This document shows positions 10,029 to 18,800 of a DNA stretch of 42,298 nucleotides, piece by piece. The stretch is from Candidatus Babeliales bacterium (GTDB taxonomy: Bacteria > Babelota > Babeliae > Babelales > JABCYS01), in the NCBI GenBank assembly GCA_016929235.1, contig JAFGJD010000004.1, positions 128,866 through 171,163 of the forward strand. Reading direction: 5' to 3'. The notes under the pieces are model-generated. The model ran no database searches, was not told the DNA's origin, and worked only from the letters and a program-made list of their open reading frames with translations. Position 1 is the stretch's first letter. Each line of letters starts with the position of its first letter. The translations under genes were made by a program, and so were the position numbers.

Positions 10029-10697
10029 TTATCCGATTGGATTACTCATTTTGCAGCGAACCCATTCCAAGCCATTTTTGTCTTGGCATATATCGTGTTG
10101 TGGATTTAGCCATGGAAGGTTTGGTAAGCCTTGAATTCGTGGAAGAATTTCTTTAAGGCCATTGTCATCTAATTTTACAGCAAGTTGCTCTTGGCTGTAC
10201 TTTTTCCCATCAGGCATAGTGGTTGTTTCATCAATAAGTGCGCCATCCATGTTTGTATTTTTGAATGAAGCAAGGGTAAGATCGGCTCCTCTTAGATCAG
10301 CGCCCTGCAGATTTGCTCCATCAAAAATAGCTTCATACAGTTTTGCTGAGGATATATTTGCCCCTTGCAGCTTTGCACCGGAGAGGTTTGCTTTTTGTCG
10401 GTAACTTTTGCAGGTCGTTCCAACGACAGCAGGACACATTTGGGTATATGTTTTGAGAATTGCCCCCTTAAGGTTTGCGGCTTTCAAGTCTTGATTTCGT
10501 AGGTCAGCACCGCGCATATCAAGACCGGCGCCATTCTTGGTTTCTAGAAAGGTTTGAATATTGCTGCGGATGGCAGGGGTTAATTTTTCTTTGCCGGGTT
10601 TTGCAGGATTAATTGGTTTAAGTTGGGCCTGTTGGGCTCTAGTAGCACTGAAGCACACAGCAAGCAACGACAGCACGATATATTTTTTATCCATCAT
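10029..10697 (-). CDS. Secreted pentapeptide-repeat protein
   Basis: A(D/N)LxG repeats (ADLRN, ANLKG, ANLSG, AKLQG, ANLQG, ADLRG). Signal peptide from ATG 10697/10694 with a GGGAG RBS; the ORF track starts at 10742. Confidence 0.85.
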   Translation of the reverse strand: MMDKKYIVLSLLAVCFSATRAQQAQLKPINPAKPGKEKLTPAIRSNIQTFLETKNGAGLDMRGADLRNQDLKAANLKGAILKTYTQMCPAVVGTTCKSYRQKANLSGAKLQGANISSAKLYEAIFDGANLQGADLRGADLTLASFKNTNMDGALIDETTTMPDGKKYSQEQLAVKLDDNGLKEILPRIQGLPNLPWLNPQHDICQDKNGLEWVRCKMSNPIG

Positions 10698-10783
10698 ATT
10701 TCTCCCTTTTATGAATGATTGGATGGTATCTACCTTTATCATGACATAAGTGGGAAGAAGACATCAAGAATACGTTGAGGTTC

Positions 10784-11551
10784 TTAGACTCGAGTAGTGG
10801 TGTGTGTTATTTCGTTTTGGATTGGGCCTTCGGATAGTCCGCGAATAAATTGATAAACATAAGGATTATCGGTATCCCAGATGGTTTTTGCGTCTCCAAA
10901 GAACTGGATTTTGCCATCATGAAGCAGGGCAACCTTATCAACAAATTTAAAGATTTCTACGTCATGGGAAATCACGATAGACGTAGAATTATTTGCTTGC
11001 TGGATATCAACCATGAGTTCATGAATAACACGGGAAGTGATGGGGTCAAGACCTGTTGTTGGTTCATCATAGAGCATATATTTTGGCTGTGAAATTAAAG
11101 TTCGCGCTAACCCAACTCGCTTTCTCATACCACCGGAAAGCTCAGCGGGATATTTATCAAGGGTGTCCAAATCAAGATGAACAAGTGCAAGTTTTTCTTC
11201 AACAATAGGACGAACTTTATTTTTTGGCATTCCTTGCTCTATGAGCTTGATACCAACATTTTCAAAAACCGTTAGAGAGTCAAGCAGGGCTGCAAATTGA
11301 AAAACGTAGCCGAATTTATCAAAATTTGCGTCAAGTTGTTGTTCTGTGAATTGTGCAGTATCTTCGCCATCTATTAAGATTTTCCCTGCGGTTGGTCGCA
11401 ATAGACCAATGATCTGCTTCAAGAGAACAGACTTCCCCTCACCTGAACGACCAACAATACAGGTGATTTGATTATCAGGAATTTTAAGAGTGACGCCTTT
11501 AGTAACTTTCGTATCACCGAAACTCTTTTCTACATTAATCAGCTCTATCAC
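10784..11551 (-). CDS. mlaF: MlaF/Mkl-family ABC ATPase
   Basis: GRSGEGKS, VFQFAALLDSLTVFENV, ELSGGMRKRVGLAR, YDEPTTGLDPI. Follows mlaE. Confidence 0.92.
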   Translation of the reverse strand: MIELINVEKSFGDTKVTKGVTLKIPDNQITCIVGRSGEGKSVLLKQIIGLLRPTAGKILIDGEDTAQFTEQQLDANFDKFGYVFQFAALLDSLTVFENVGIKLIEQGMPKNKVRPIVEEKLALVHLDLDTLDKYPAELSGGMRKRVGLARTLISQPKYMLYDEPTTGLDPITSRVIHELMVDIQQANNSTSIVISHDVEIFKFVDKVALLHDGKIQFFGDAKTIWDTDNPYVYQFIRGLSEGPIQNEITHTTTRV

Positions 11552-11560
11552 TCTTACTCC

Positions 11561-12340
11561 TTAGTCCCACAAAATAGCTGTTAAGAAGTAGTTTGCTATC
11601 AAGATCATAATCGATCCGATCACCACACTTTGCGTAGTTGCTTTTCCCACACCTCGTGCTCCACCAAATGTGTTGTACCCCTTGAAGGTACCAACCCACG
11701 ATAAAATAAGCCCAAAGACACTGGACTTAATGAGCCCACCAGTAATATCGGAAAGTTCCACATACTCACGGATATTGGAGACATATTCCTCGGGATTCAG
11801 CCCAAGAACATAGGTGCATATAAAGTAACCGCCAACAACACCACAGATCATCGAGATCAAACTTAAAAACGGAAGAATCACAACGCTGGCGAGGATACGA
11901 GGAACAACCAAATATTGCTGAGGGTTAATACCAAGTGTTCTCAGTGCGTCAATCTGTTCCGTGATCCTCATAGTGCCGATTTCAGCAGTGATAGCAGATC
12001 CTGCGCGGCCAGTTACCATGAGTCCAGTGAGTACTGGTCCAAGCTCACGTGTCATACTGAGTGCAACGATCGTTCCTACAAATTCAGTTGCGCCGAATCG
12101 TTTGAAGCCATAATAGCTTTGCATTGCAAGGACCATACCGGTAAAGCTGCCTGTTAGAAAGATAATGGTTGATGAGTTGACACCGATACGCTCCATTTGC
12201 TTGAACATTTTGGAGACTTTTAGTTTAGACGTAAAAAGAGTACGAGCTGATGCAAGAAAGAAGATAAAGAATGTACCGACTGTGTTGCATGTTTCTAAGG
12301 CAGAAGATCCCAATCTATCTACTAACCTTAAGATCATCAT
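11561..12340 (-). CDS. mlaE: MlaE-family ABC permease
   Basis: RELGPVLTGLMVTGRAGSAITAEIGTMRITEQIDAL and GGARGVGKATTQSVV. Confidence 0.95.
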   Translation of the reverse strand: MMILRLVDRLGSSALETCNTVGTFFIFFLASARTLFTSKLKVSKMFKQMERIGVNSSTIIFLTGSFTGMVLAMQSYYGFKRFGATEFVGTIVALSMTRELGPVLTGLMVTGRAGSAITAEIGTMRITEQIDALRTLGINPQQYLVVPRILASVVILPFLSLISMICGVVGGYFICTYVLGLNPEEYVSNIREYVELSDITGGLIKSSVFGLILSWVGTFKGYNTFGGARGVGKATTQSVVIGSIMILIANYFLTAILWD

Positions 12341-12368
12341 CGCCTCATCTCCTTTTCATCCATACGTC

Positions 12369-12689
12369 TTACGAATGGCGCTGGCGAGATTGTTTTACTG
12401 TATTTGCTGGTTGTGATGGTGTTGTTTGTATTTTACTTACGTACTTAAGCCCCTTGGTTTGTTGCGTCTTTGCGATGGCCAAAATTAGTGAACCGCCCAT
12501 AAAGATTGCGCCAAGAATCCAGGTTGCTTTTTGAAAAATATCTTGTCCTCCTGATCCACCAAAGAGCATGGTGTTGGTTCCACCGATGCTACCGATGCCC
12601 ATACTTCCTTTTCCCTTTTGAATAAGAATTAGAAGTACAAGTAGCACACATGCGAAAAAGAAAAGCGTAATGATGAGTCCTAAGAACAT
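12369..12689 (-). CDS. secG: Preprotein translocase subunit SecG
   Basis: Two TMs around ILIQKGKG...LFGGSG...KAT; canonical position after tpiA. Confidence 0.93.
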   Translation of the reverse strand: MFLGLIITLFFFACVLLVLLILIQKGKGSMGIGSIGGTNTMLFGGSGGQDIFQKATWILGAIFMGGSLILAIAKTQQTKGLKYVSKIQTTPSQPANTVKQSRQRHS

Positions 12690-12713
12690 ACCGGTATCTC
12701 CATAAATCCTACA

Positions 12714-13463
12714 TTATTGTGGTGTATAGCAAGAGCGTACTATTTTTTTCAATGCTTGAAAATCTACGCTCGCTCTTCCAATGAGAAACCCATCAATATT
12801 AGACAATGAACTCAAGCGTCCCGCCTCGCTAGGGCTGATGCTTCCTCCATAAAGTAATTGTGGGTCAGAAAAGATGTCACTAAGGTGTTTTTTGAGCCAC
12901 GAACTGGTCTGTTCCAATTCGGTATTAGTTGGGGTCTTCCCTGTGCCAATTGCCCAGATTGGTTCATAGGCCACCCATAGATGGGCTCCTTTGCAGGCGA
13001 GTTTGATGGGTTCTAACTGTTTTTCAAGGATGGCATTGGTCTGGCTTTGAGCGCGTTCTTGCTCCGTTTCTCCGATACACACGATAGGGCAGATACCAGC
13101 TTTGAGCAGAAGCTGGGCTTGCTCGGCAATATTTTGGTTTGTCTCGTGATGCTGTGTTCGCCGCTCACTATGGCCGACGATACAGTGACTGATTCCAATC
13201 TGAGCCAAGGCCGCGGCTGATATATCACCTGTATGAGCCCCGGACCCATATGCAGAACATGCTTGGGCTCCGATTGAGACCTTGGGCGAAGTGGTTATTT
13301 TAAGTGCCTCGGGTAATGAAAGGTAGGAGGGACAGATGACCAGTGATGCTTGATCTGGTATTAAAGCGATCAAGTCGGTACTATAATTCGATAAAAATTC
13401 TGATTCTTCGTTGGGACTCAAATACATTTTCCAGTTGGCTACAAAGGCAAAAGTCGGCTTCAT
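12714..13463 (-). CDS. tpiA: Triosephosphate isomerase
   Basis: ANWKM, GAHTGDIS, VGHSERR, AYEPIWAIGTG, LYGGS. Likely start is ATG 13463 (track gives 13508). Confidence 0.96.
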   Translation of the reverse strand: MKPTFAFVANWKMYLSPNEESEFLSNYSTDLIALIPDQASLVICPSYLSLPEALKITTSPKVSIGAQACSAYGSGAHTGDISAAALAQIGISHCIVGHSERRTQHHETNQNIAEQAQLLLKAGICPIVCIGETEQERAQSQTNAILEKQLEPIKLACKGAHLWVAYEPIWAIGTGKTPTNTELEQTSSWLKKHLSDIFSDPQLLYGGSISPSEAGRLSSLSNIDGFLIGRASVDFQALKKIVRSCYTPQ

Positions 13464-13546
13464 ACGGGACCTTTTGAGAATAAGGGCGGTTTTTGTATGC
13501 TCTACCATACCCTAGAATGGTGCACGTTAGAAGGAGGAATCTTCTT

Positions 13547-14023
13547 ATGAGTATGCAGCGGATGGTGGCGTTTCTTCTGTGCCTGATGATAGCACGGCCT
13601 GTGCTTGCTGAGTTAACTATATCTGAACCTAATCAAACAGCCCCGGCGGGGGAGTCATTTCAACTCAAAGATACATCTTTACCACAAAATTTTACGATAC
13701 AACGTGGCATGACGATGCAGAAAGCAAGGGTGCTTGGGCGCTTTTCTCCCTACGTCGCTGCTGCCGCAGTTGTTATGTATATTGTTGGAGCGAAAGCTTT
13801 CATCATGGCACCTCCATGGTCGATTGTTATTCTTATTGGATTAACTGCGGATTATATCTTTGAGACACTGATTTTCAGTAATAAATTCAGTTCAAAATTG
13901 GCCCCGTTTGCCCTTGTTTCAATGCTAATGAAACAAAATAAACAATTTGGAAAACATGTGGCACAATTCTTGCCTTTACCTAATGATGCAGAAGAGGGTG
14001 TATCTGTCGAAGCAGTGAATTAG
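13547..14023 (+). CDS. Hypothetical membrane protein with signal peptide
   Basis: AGGAGG RBS before ATG 13547; signal-like N-terminus ending VLA, plus 2-3 hydrophobic segments. Confidence 0.7.
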   Translation: MSMQRMVAFLLCLMIARPVLAELTISEPNQTAPAGESFQLKDTSLPQNFTIQRGMTMQKARVLGRFSPYVAAAAVVMYIVGAKAFIMAPPWSIVILIGLTADYIFETLIFSNKFSSKLAPFALVSMLMKQNKQFGKHVAQFLPLPNDAEEGVSVEAVN

Positions 14024-15270
14024 TGTGCATTTCTATGCAGACGATGGTACGTAATAGCAAAATGGTGAGCGTAGTCGCGCAGTGCGATGAGTAGCTTTTC
14101 CGCTTGTTCGTGGATGTCGAGCAATTTTCCTTCTGGATGCCTTTCACTAAATACGCGTTCCTCTCGCTTGGCTAAGCTGATACATGGTCGTGAAATGTTG
14201 AGTTTTAGGATGGCGTTTAGTTGTCCCTTGCCTCCATCAATTAGAATCAAATCTGGCAGATCATTATTTTTATAACGACGTTGCACAATCTCTTGAAGTG
14301 CCGCATAGTCGTTCTGTTGTGTTAGGCTCTTAATCTTGAATCGACGAAACTTATTTTTGTCTGGGATACCGTTGGCGAATCTAACACACGAGCCTACCAG
14401 TGATGTGCTTTGAAAATGTGAAATATCAAAACAATCGATGATACGAGGTGGCTGAGGAAGATCGAGTAACGCTTGTAGGTGTTCTACTGTTGTTTCGTTT
14501 TCAACGATGTTTGACGTTGGTGCAGTTGCCCGGATCGTTTCATGGCGATAAGTTTGTTCATGATACTTAGTTTCTAGTGTTGCAAAAATGGTTACGCTGT
14601 CTTGAAGATAGGTGTTGAGTTTCTGTGCCTTCTCAAACGCTAAGGCATCATTATGGACCTTAATTTTGTTTCGCAATGTCTGTGTGAATTGTTCCGTATT
14701 ACCTTGTAATGCTTCGCGTGCAAGCTCGAGTCTTGTGAGGTAGGCATCTTTATCAAAGTCATCTCGACATGAACCAGCACAGATATCGAGGTGGTAGTCG
14801 AGACACCCCTGCGGGATTTTGCTTGTACATAACTTTAGACGAAAAGTTGTGGCAAGATATTCGTACACACTACGTGCATCTGATTTATACAGGAATGGTC
14901 CAAAGTACCGTCCCTTAGTTTTCTTGGTGCGTACAATCTTCAGAGTTGGCAATGTTTCTTCTGTAAAAAGAAGATATACAAAGGGCTGTCCATCTTTGAG
15001 GAGGGTATTGAACTTGGGCTGATGCTCTTGAATGAGCTGCGCCTCAAGTAGGGCAGCTTCTGTTTCTGTAGGAGTTGTGATGACCGATACATCATGTACA
15101 ACCGCCTGAAGAGCCTTTAGCTTGAGATCATCCTTTGGTTCTTGAAGATAGGATTTTACGCGAGTACGGAGTGAGGTTGCCTTGCCAATGTAGACAATTC
15201 GGCCTTGATCATCCTTAAACAGATACACGCCAGGAGATAAGGGTAAGGTTTTTATATGCAGATGCTTCAT
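14020..15270 (-). CDS. uvrC: Excinuclease UvrC lacking C-terminal HhH domain
   Basis: GIY-YIG (PGVYLF...YIGKA..LRTRV), 4-Cys cluster, UVR-like segment (LAFEKA), RNase H-like domain (FDISH, LIDGGKGQL, RDYAHHFA). Likely start 15270. Confidence 0.92.
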   Translation of the reverse strand: MKHLHIKTLPLSPGVYLFKDDQGRIVYIGKATSLRTRVKSYLQEPKDDLKLKALQAVVHDVSVITTPTETEAALLEAQLIQEHQPKFNTLLKDGQPFVYLLFTEETLPTLKIVRTKKTKGRYFGPFLYKSDARSVYEYLATTFRLKLCTSKIPQGCLDYHLDICAGSCRDDFDKDAYLTRLELAREALQGNTEQFTQTLRNKIKVHNDALAFEKAQKLNTYLQDSVTIFATLETKYHEQTYRHETIRATAPTSNIVENETTVEHLQALLDLPQPPRIIDCFDISHFQSTSLVGSCVRFANGIPDKNKFRRFKIKSLTQQNDYAALQEIVQRRYKNNDLPDLILIDGGKGQLNAILKLNISRPCISLAKREERVFSERHPEGKLLDIHEQAEKLLIALRDYAHHFAITYHRLHRNAH

Positions 15271-15325
15271 GTTCTCATGATAAACTGACCAAAGCCTCTC
15301 AGCAAGCGCCAATGGAGCGTTTGCT

Positions 15326-15355
15326 TTGACGTTTCGCTACATTTGGACTTATACT
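15326..15355 (+). promoter_or_regulatory. Putative sigma70 promoter
   Basis: TTGACG-18 bp-TATACT upstream of the 116-aa ORF. Confidence 0.6.
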
Positions 15356-15392
15356 TTCGAACTAATTATTACTTTCAGATAGGGATGCTTCT

Positions 15393-15743
15393 ATGCGGCG
15401 GTTTCTGTTTTCTTGTATGACTATGATCGTAGCTCTTATTACCCTTGCCGACCAGCAGGTTTCTCAGGAACTACCAGCTCTACATGAACGGCTCTTGCTT
15501 TTTATTGAACGTAATAGCTTGTTTATTGGTGCCTTGGTATACCTCATGACCTATGATCATTTTGGTGATTGGTGGGGAAATGCCCTGCAAAAGCTTTTTG
15601 CTGTGAGATATCTTATGGTGTTGTTTGGCTCCAGTTGCCTGGTAAAATATCTCACCAAGTACATCTTGGGAGCGGTCCACATACCAGAGATGGATGAGGA
15701 ATTAGAGGACGTGGCGAAAAAGCTCTTATATTATACGGCTTAA
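15393..15743 (+). CDS. Small hypothetical membrane protein
   Basis: Own promoter, AGGGA RBS, signal-like N-terminus and two hydrophobic stretches; followed by a terminator. Confidence 0.7.
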   Translation: MRRFLFSCMTMIVALITLADQQVSQELPALHERLLLFIERNSLFIGALVYLMTYDHFGDWWGNALQKLFAVRYLMVLFGSSCLVKYLTKYILGAVHIPEMDEELEDVAKKLLYYTA

Positions 15744-15776
15744 ACATAAGCGCAGGTATACCACAACGCTTAGGTG

Positions 15777-15803
15777 AAAAGGGCGGAAAACATCCGCCCT
15801 TTG
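15777..15803. terminator. Bidirectional intrinsic terminator
   Basis: AAAA-GGGCGGA-aaaca-TCCGCCC-TTT between convergent genes. Confidence 0.85.
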
Positions 15804-15807
15804 TTAT

Positions 15808-18800
15808 TTAAAATCCATCATTATCGTCAGCCCACTCTAGGACAATACCAGAACTGACGGGTTCGGTTCCTGAGGCGTTTGCCTGTTGTTCATTGAGACT
15901 TTGTTCAGGTGCTCCCGTTTCACCAACGTTACCTTCGCCAGAGCCCGTATCGGATGTGGGCGGTTCTGATACATTTTGGGAGTTGGTTGGTACAACAGTT
16001 GGCAATGCATCAGTTGTTTGTTCTTGCGCTGGTTGTGCTTGATATGCTGCTTGTGAAGCTTCGATTTTTGTTTTGAGATTAGTAGATACAATGGATTGAT
16101 AATGCAGAGAATAGATTCGTGTGAAGCCTGTTTGGACCGGTTCTTCTTGTGCGGCTGTATAAGCGCTTCCGCTAACCAGGCTAATGATCCCATTGATATC
16201 AGATGTATATGGCATACCAAACTCGGCAGGCATATTGCTTGCATCTAGGTGTGCCATCACAACATAATCTGCATCAGCTGTGGTATCTGGTTTGATGGCA
16301 GTATAGATAAATACATTATTACCAAGATCAACTAGGCTGCTTGCCTGAAGTCGGTAGGATCCAAAATCAAACGGACCTTGTACAGTTGCAGTATATGCTT
16401 GTTGTAAGGTTACAATGCTTGAGCGTGTGGTATCGTCAATATGGCCATATCGTTGTTCGTATGAGTTGAGCACGGTACTTACCGTATCTGTCACTGTTCC
16501 TCCGGAATCATAAACCTTACCGGTTACTAAACTGACAACACAGTTGCCATCAGTTGGCAGGCACCCAATATCGTTGATCTCGCCAGCGCGTCGTCGATTA
16601 GCAAATACCACATAATCTTGTGTGGCTGCACCCTGTGCGTCGTTGAGTTGTGTACTTGGTGTTGTGTACATGAATTGGCTTAACATGAGATCAGTATCAC
16701 TTACCGCGGTCAGTACGAATGAGCCAAATTGTGGCGATTTACTTTGTGCACGCGCAGCACGCCTGTCTAGTTCACGATCAATTTCATTTTGTTCACGATC
16801 CTGACCGCGAAGCTTTGGTATTGTTTGTGCGGTTATTTCAGGCGATAAGAAGTCAAATTCTACGGATGCTCCTGAGGCAATAAATCCTAAGGTTGTTTCA
16901 TTGGTAGGGGTTACGGCTATGGATGAAAATCCTGGTTCTGTTTCTCCTTCTTTCCATATTTTGACTTGAAGTGTTGAACCGCTAAGTTGTGCCTTCATGC
17001 GATACCATGCACCGACTTCAAATGCAGGGCCTGATAGAGTTCCTTGATACCAGTTGTCGTTGAAAGTTTCTAGCGTGGTGTCATGTTCATACAATCCTAT
17101 GGTTGATGGGGATTCGGCCAGTGTTTTTTTATATACAAACATTTTAGCCAAATGTGCATGGTTGATGATTGTGTCAGATGATGCATTTAGTTCTTCAACT
17201 GTTTCAAATGGTTCTCCACCCAGATATAAACCAATGTGATACGTGCTGAGCACATACTGTGCTTGCCAACGAACCTCCACCTCTGCAAGACTAGATACAG
17301 ACGTTACGACCTTCTGAAGGAACCAGTATTTGGATTCAGGTGAGCTTGATGCAGTGTCATCGGCCGGTTCTACCGTTGAAGGAGATACTGCAATTTCTTG
17401 GCTATATGACTTCCTGCCGTCATTATAGACCGTGAATCCTTGCCCTGGATTCAAATCATTGACTCTTGTTCTAAATCCATAAAGTGAACCGACATCGGCT
17501 GGGATTGCGCCGGTATTTTGATCAGCCGTTAATAACGCAATGTTATAAGCACGAAGATTCTGTGCGAGCTGGCCCTTCGTGCTTTCATAGCGGTTTCCAA
17601 GAAATCCTTGATAGAAGCCAAGAGATCGTTCCATGTTACTGATTTGTGCGCCATATTTTTTATCAAGTTCATCTGCCATCACCTGTTGCAAATGAATCAT
17701 GGTGCTCTCAGTATTGTTGATGAACGTTTCATAATTGGCGACAAATGCATGCTGTTCTTGTTTGCGCTCTAATGCGGCTTCATCTTGTTGTCCTCCACCG
17801 ATTGCGCCAAAAACGCCAAAGGCTGCATCAAGTGTAAGGCCGATACCAAGGATCAGTGGGCCTCCTCCAAGTGCGATCGTAATCACTGCGAATTCTATGC
17901 CAAGAACAATATTGAAAAGTAGGCGCCTGTGGTCTGCTGCCCAGGCGGCAGATTTAGATCGCTGCCACGCATCTACAATATTTTGTCCCTCTACTACAGT
18001 GTGATACAAAGTCTCCAAGCCCCTTACGACGTCTAGAATGACATCTAAGATATAATTTGTAAGGTAGGCGATAAACTTGATTGCATCCTGAAGAATATCT
18101 AATAACTTATCTCCTATGAACGTGAGACTGCTGAGAATTGCGACACCCATGTCTTCGACAATATTTTTAAAATTATTTCCCCATTCGCCGAGGCTTTGTT
18201 CGCCAATTATGACTTCAATTCCTCCAACTAGTAGGTTATTAACGATGCGTATAGTGTCAAAGCCAAGCCTAAAAACCGTGCCGTGAAGTTTCATGACGCC
18301 ACCCGTTACACCCTCAATGGCGTCTACGACTATATCAGCTGCACTATTGAAAAGAGATTCAAATTCTGCCTGTAGAGTTGGATCTCCAAAGCCTAAAACA
18401 AAGCTTAAGCCTGCACCAACGGAGTGTAGCGCTCCTCGCTCAGCTTCCCCAAGATCATTAATAATGGCAACAATGCTATCATTTGCTTTGCCAAACGCTT
18501 TGGATGCCTCATCCATAAGTGCTTGATTGCCGGTGAAAAATCCAACTGTTCCCTTGCTAACGCCCTCCCAAGTGTCAGTAGCCCAATTTGCAATATCTCC
18601 TGGGACATCGGAAAGCGCGTCAACTGCTTCCTTTCCTCCCTCTACTATGCCATCCCAGACATCACTTAAATAGTTTTGTGGAACAACTGTTTCGTTTCGT
18701 GATGTAGATACTGATGAAAGGATAATGTCCTCATTTTCATCATCTTGGAAGGTAATAGGCTGTAGCGTTTCAGTATCATACGCAGCAATGGATCGGCGGG

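Noticed and set aside
9903..10109. 68-aa plus-strand ORF between moxR and the pentapeptide gene
   Set aside because: Runs across a terminator and antisense into a real gene; no RBS.
17700..18680. Phage tape-measure interpretation of the amphipathic region in the 1343-aa protein
   Set aside because: The protein has a signal peptide and there are no phage genes nearby, though the helical periodicity is superficially similar.
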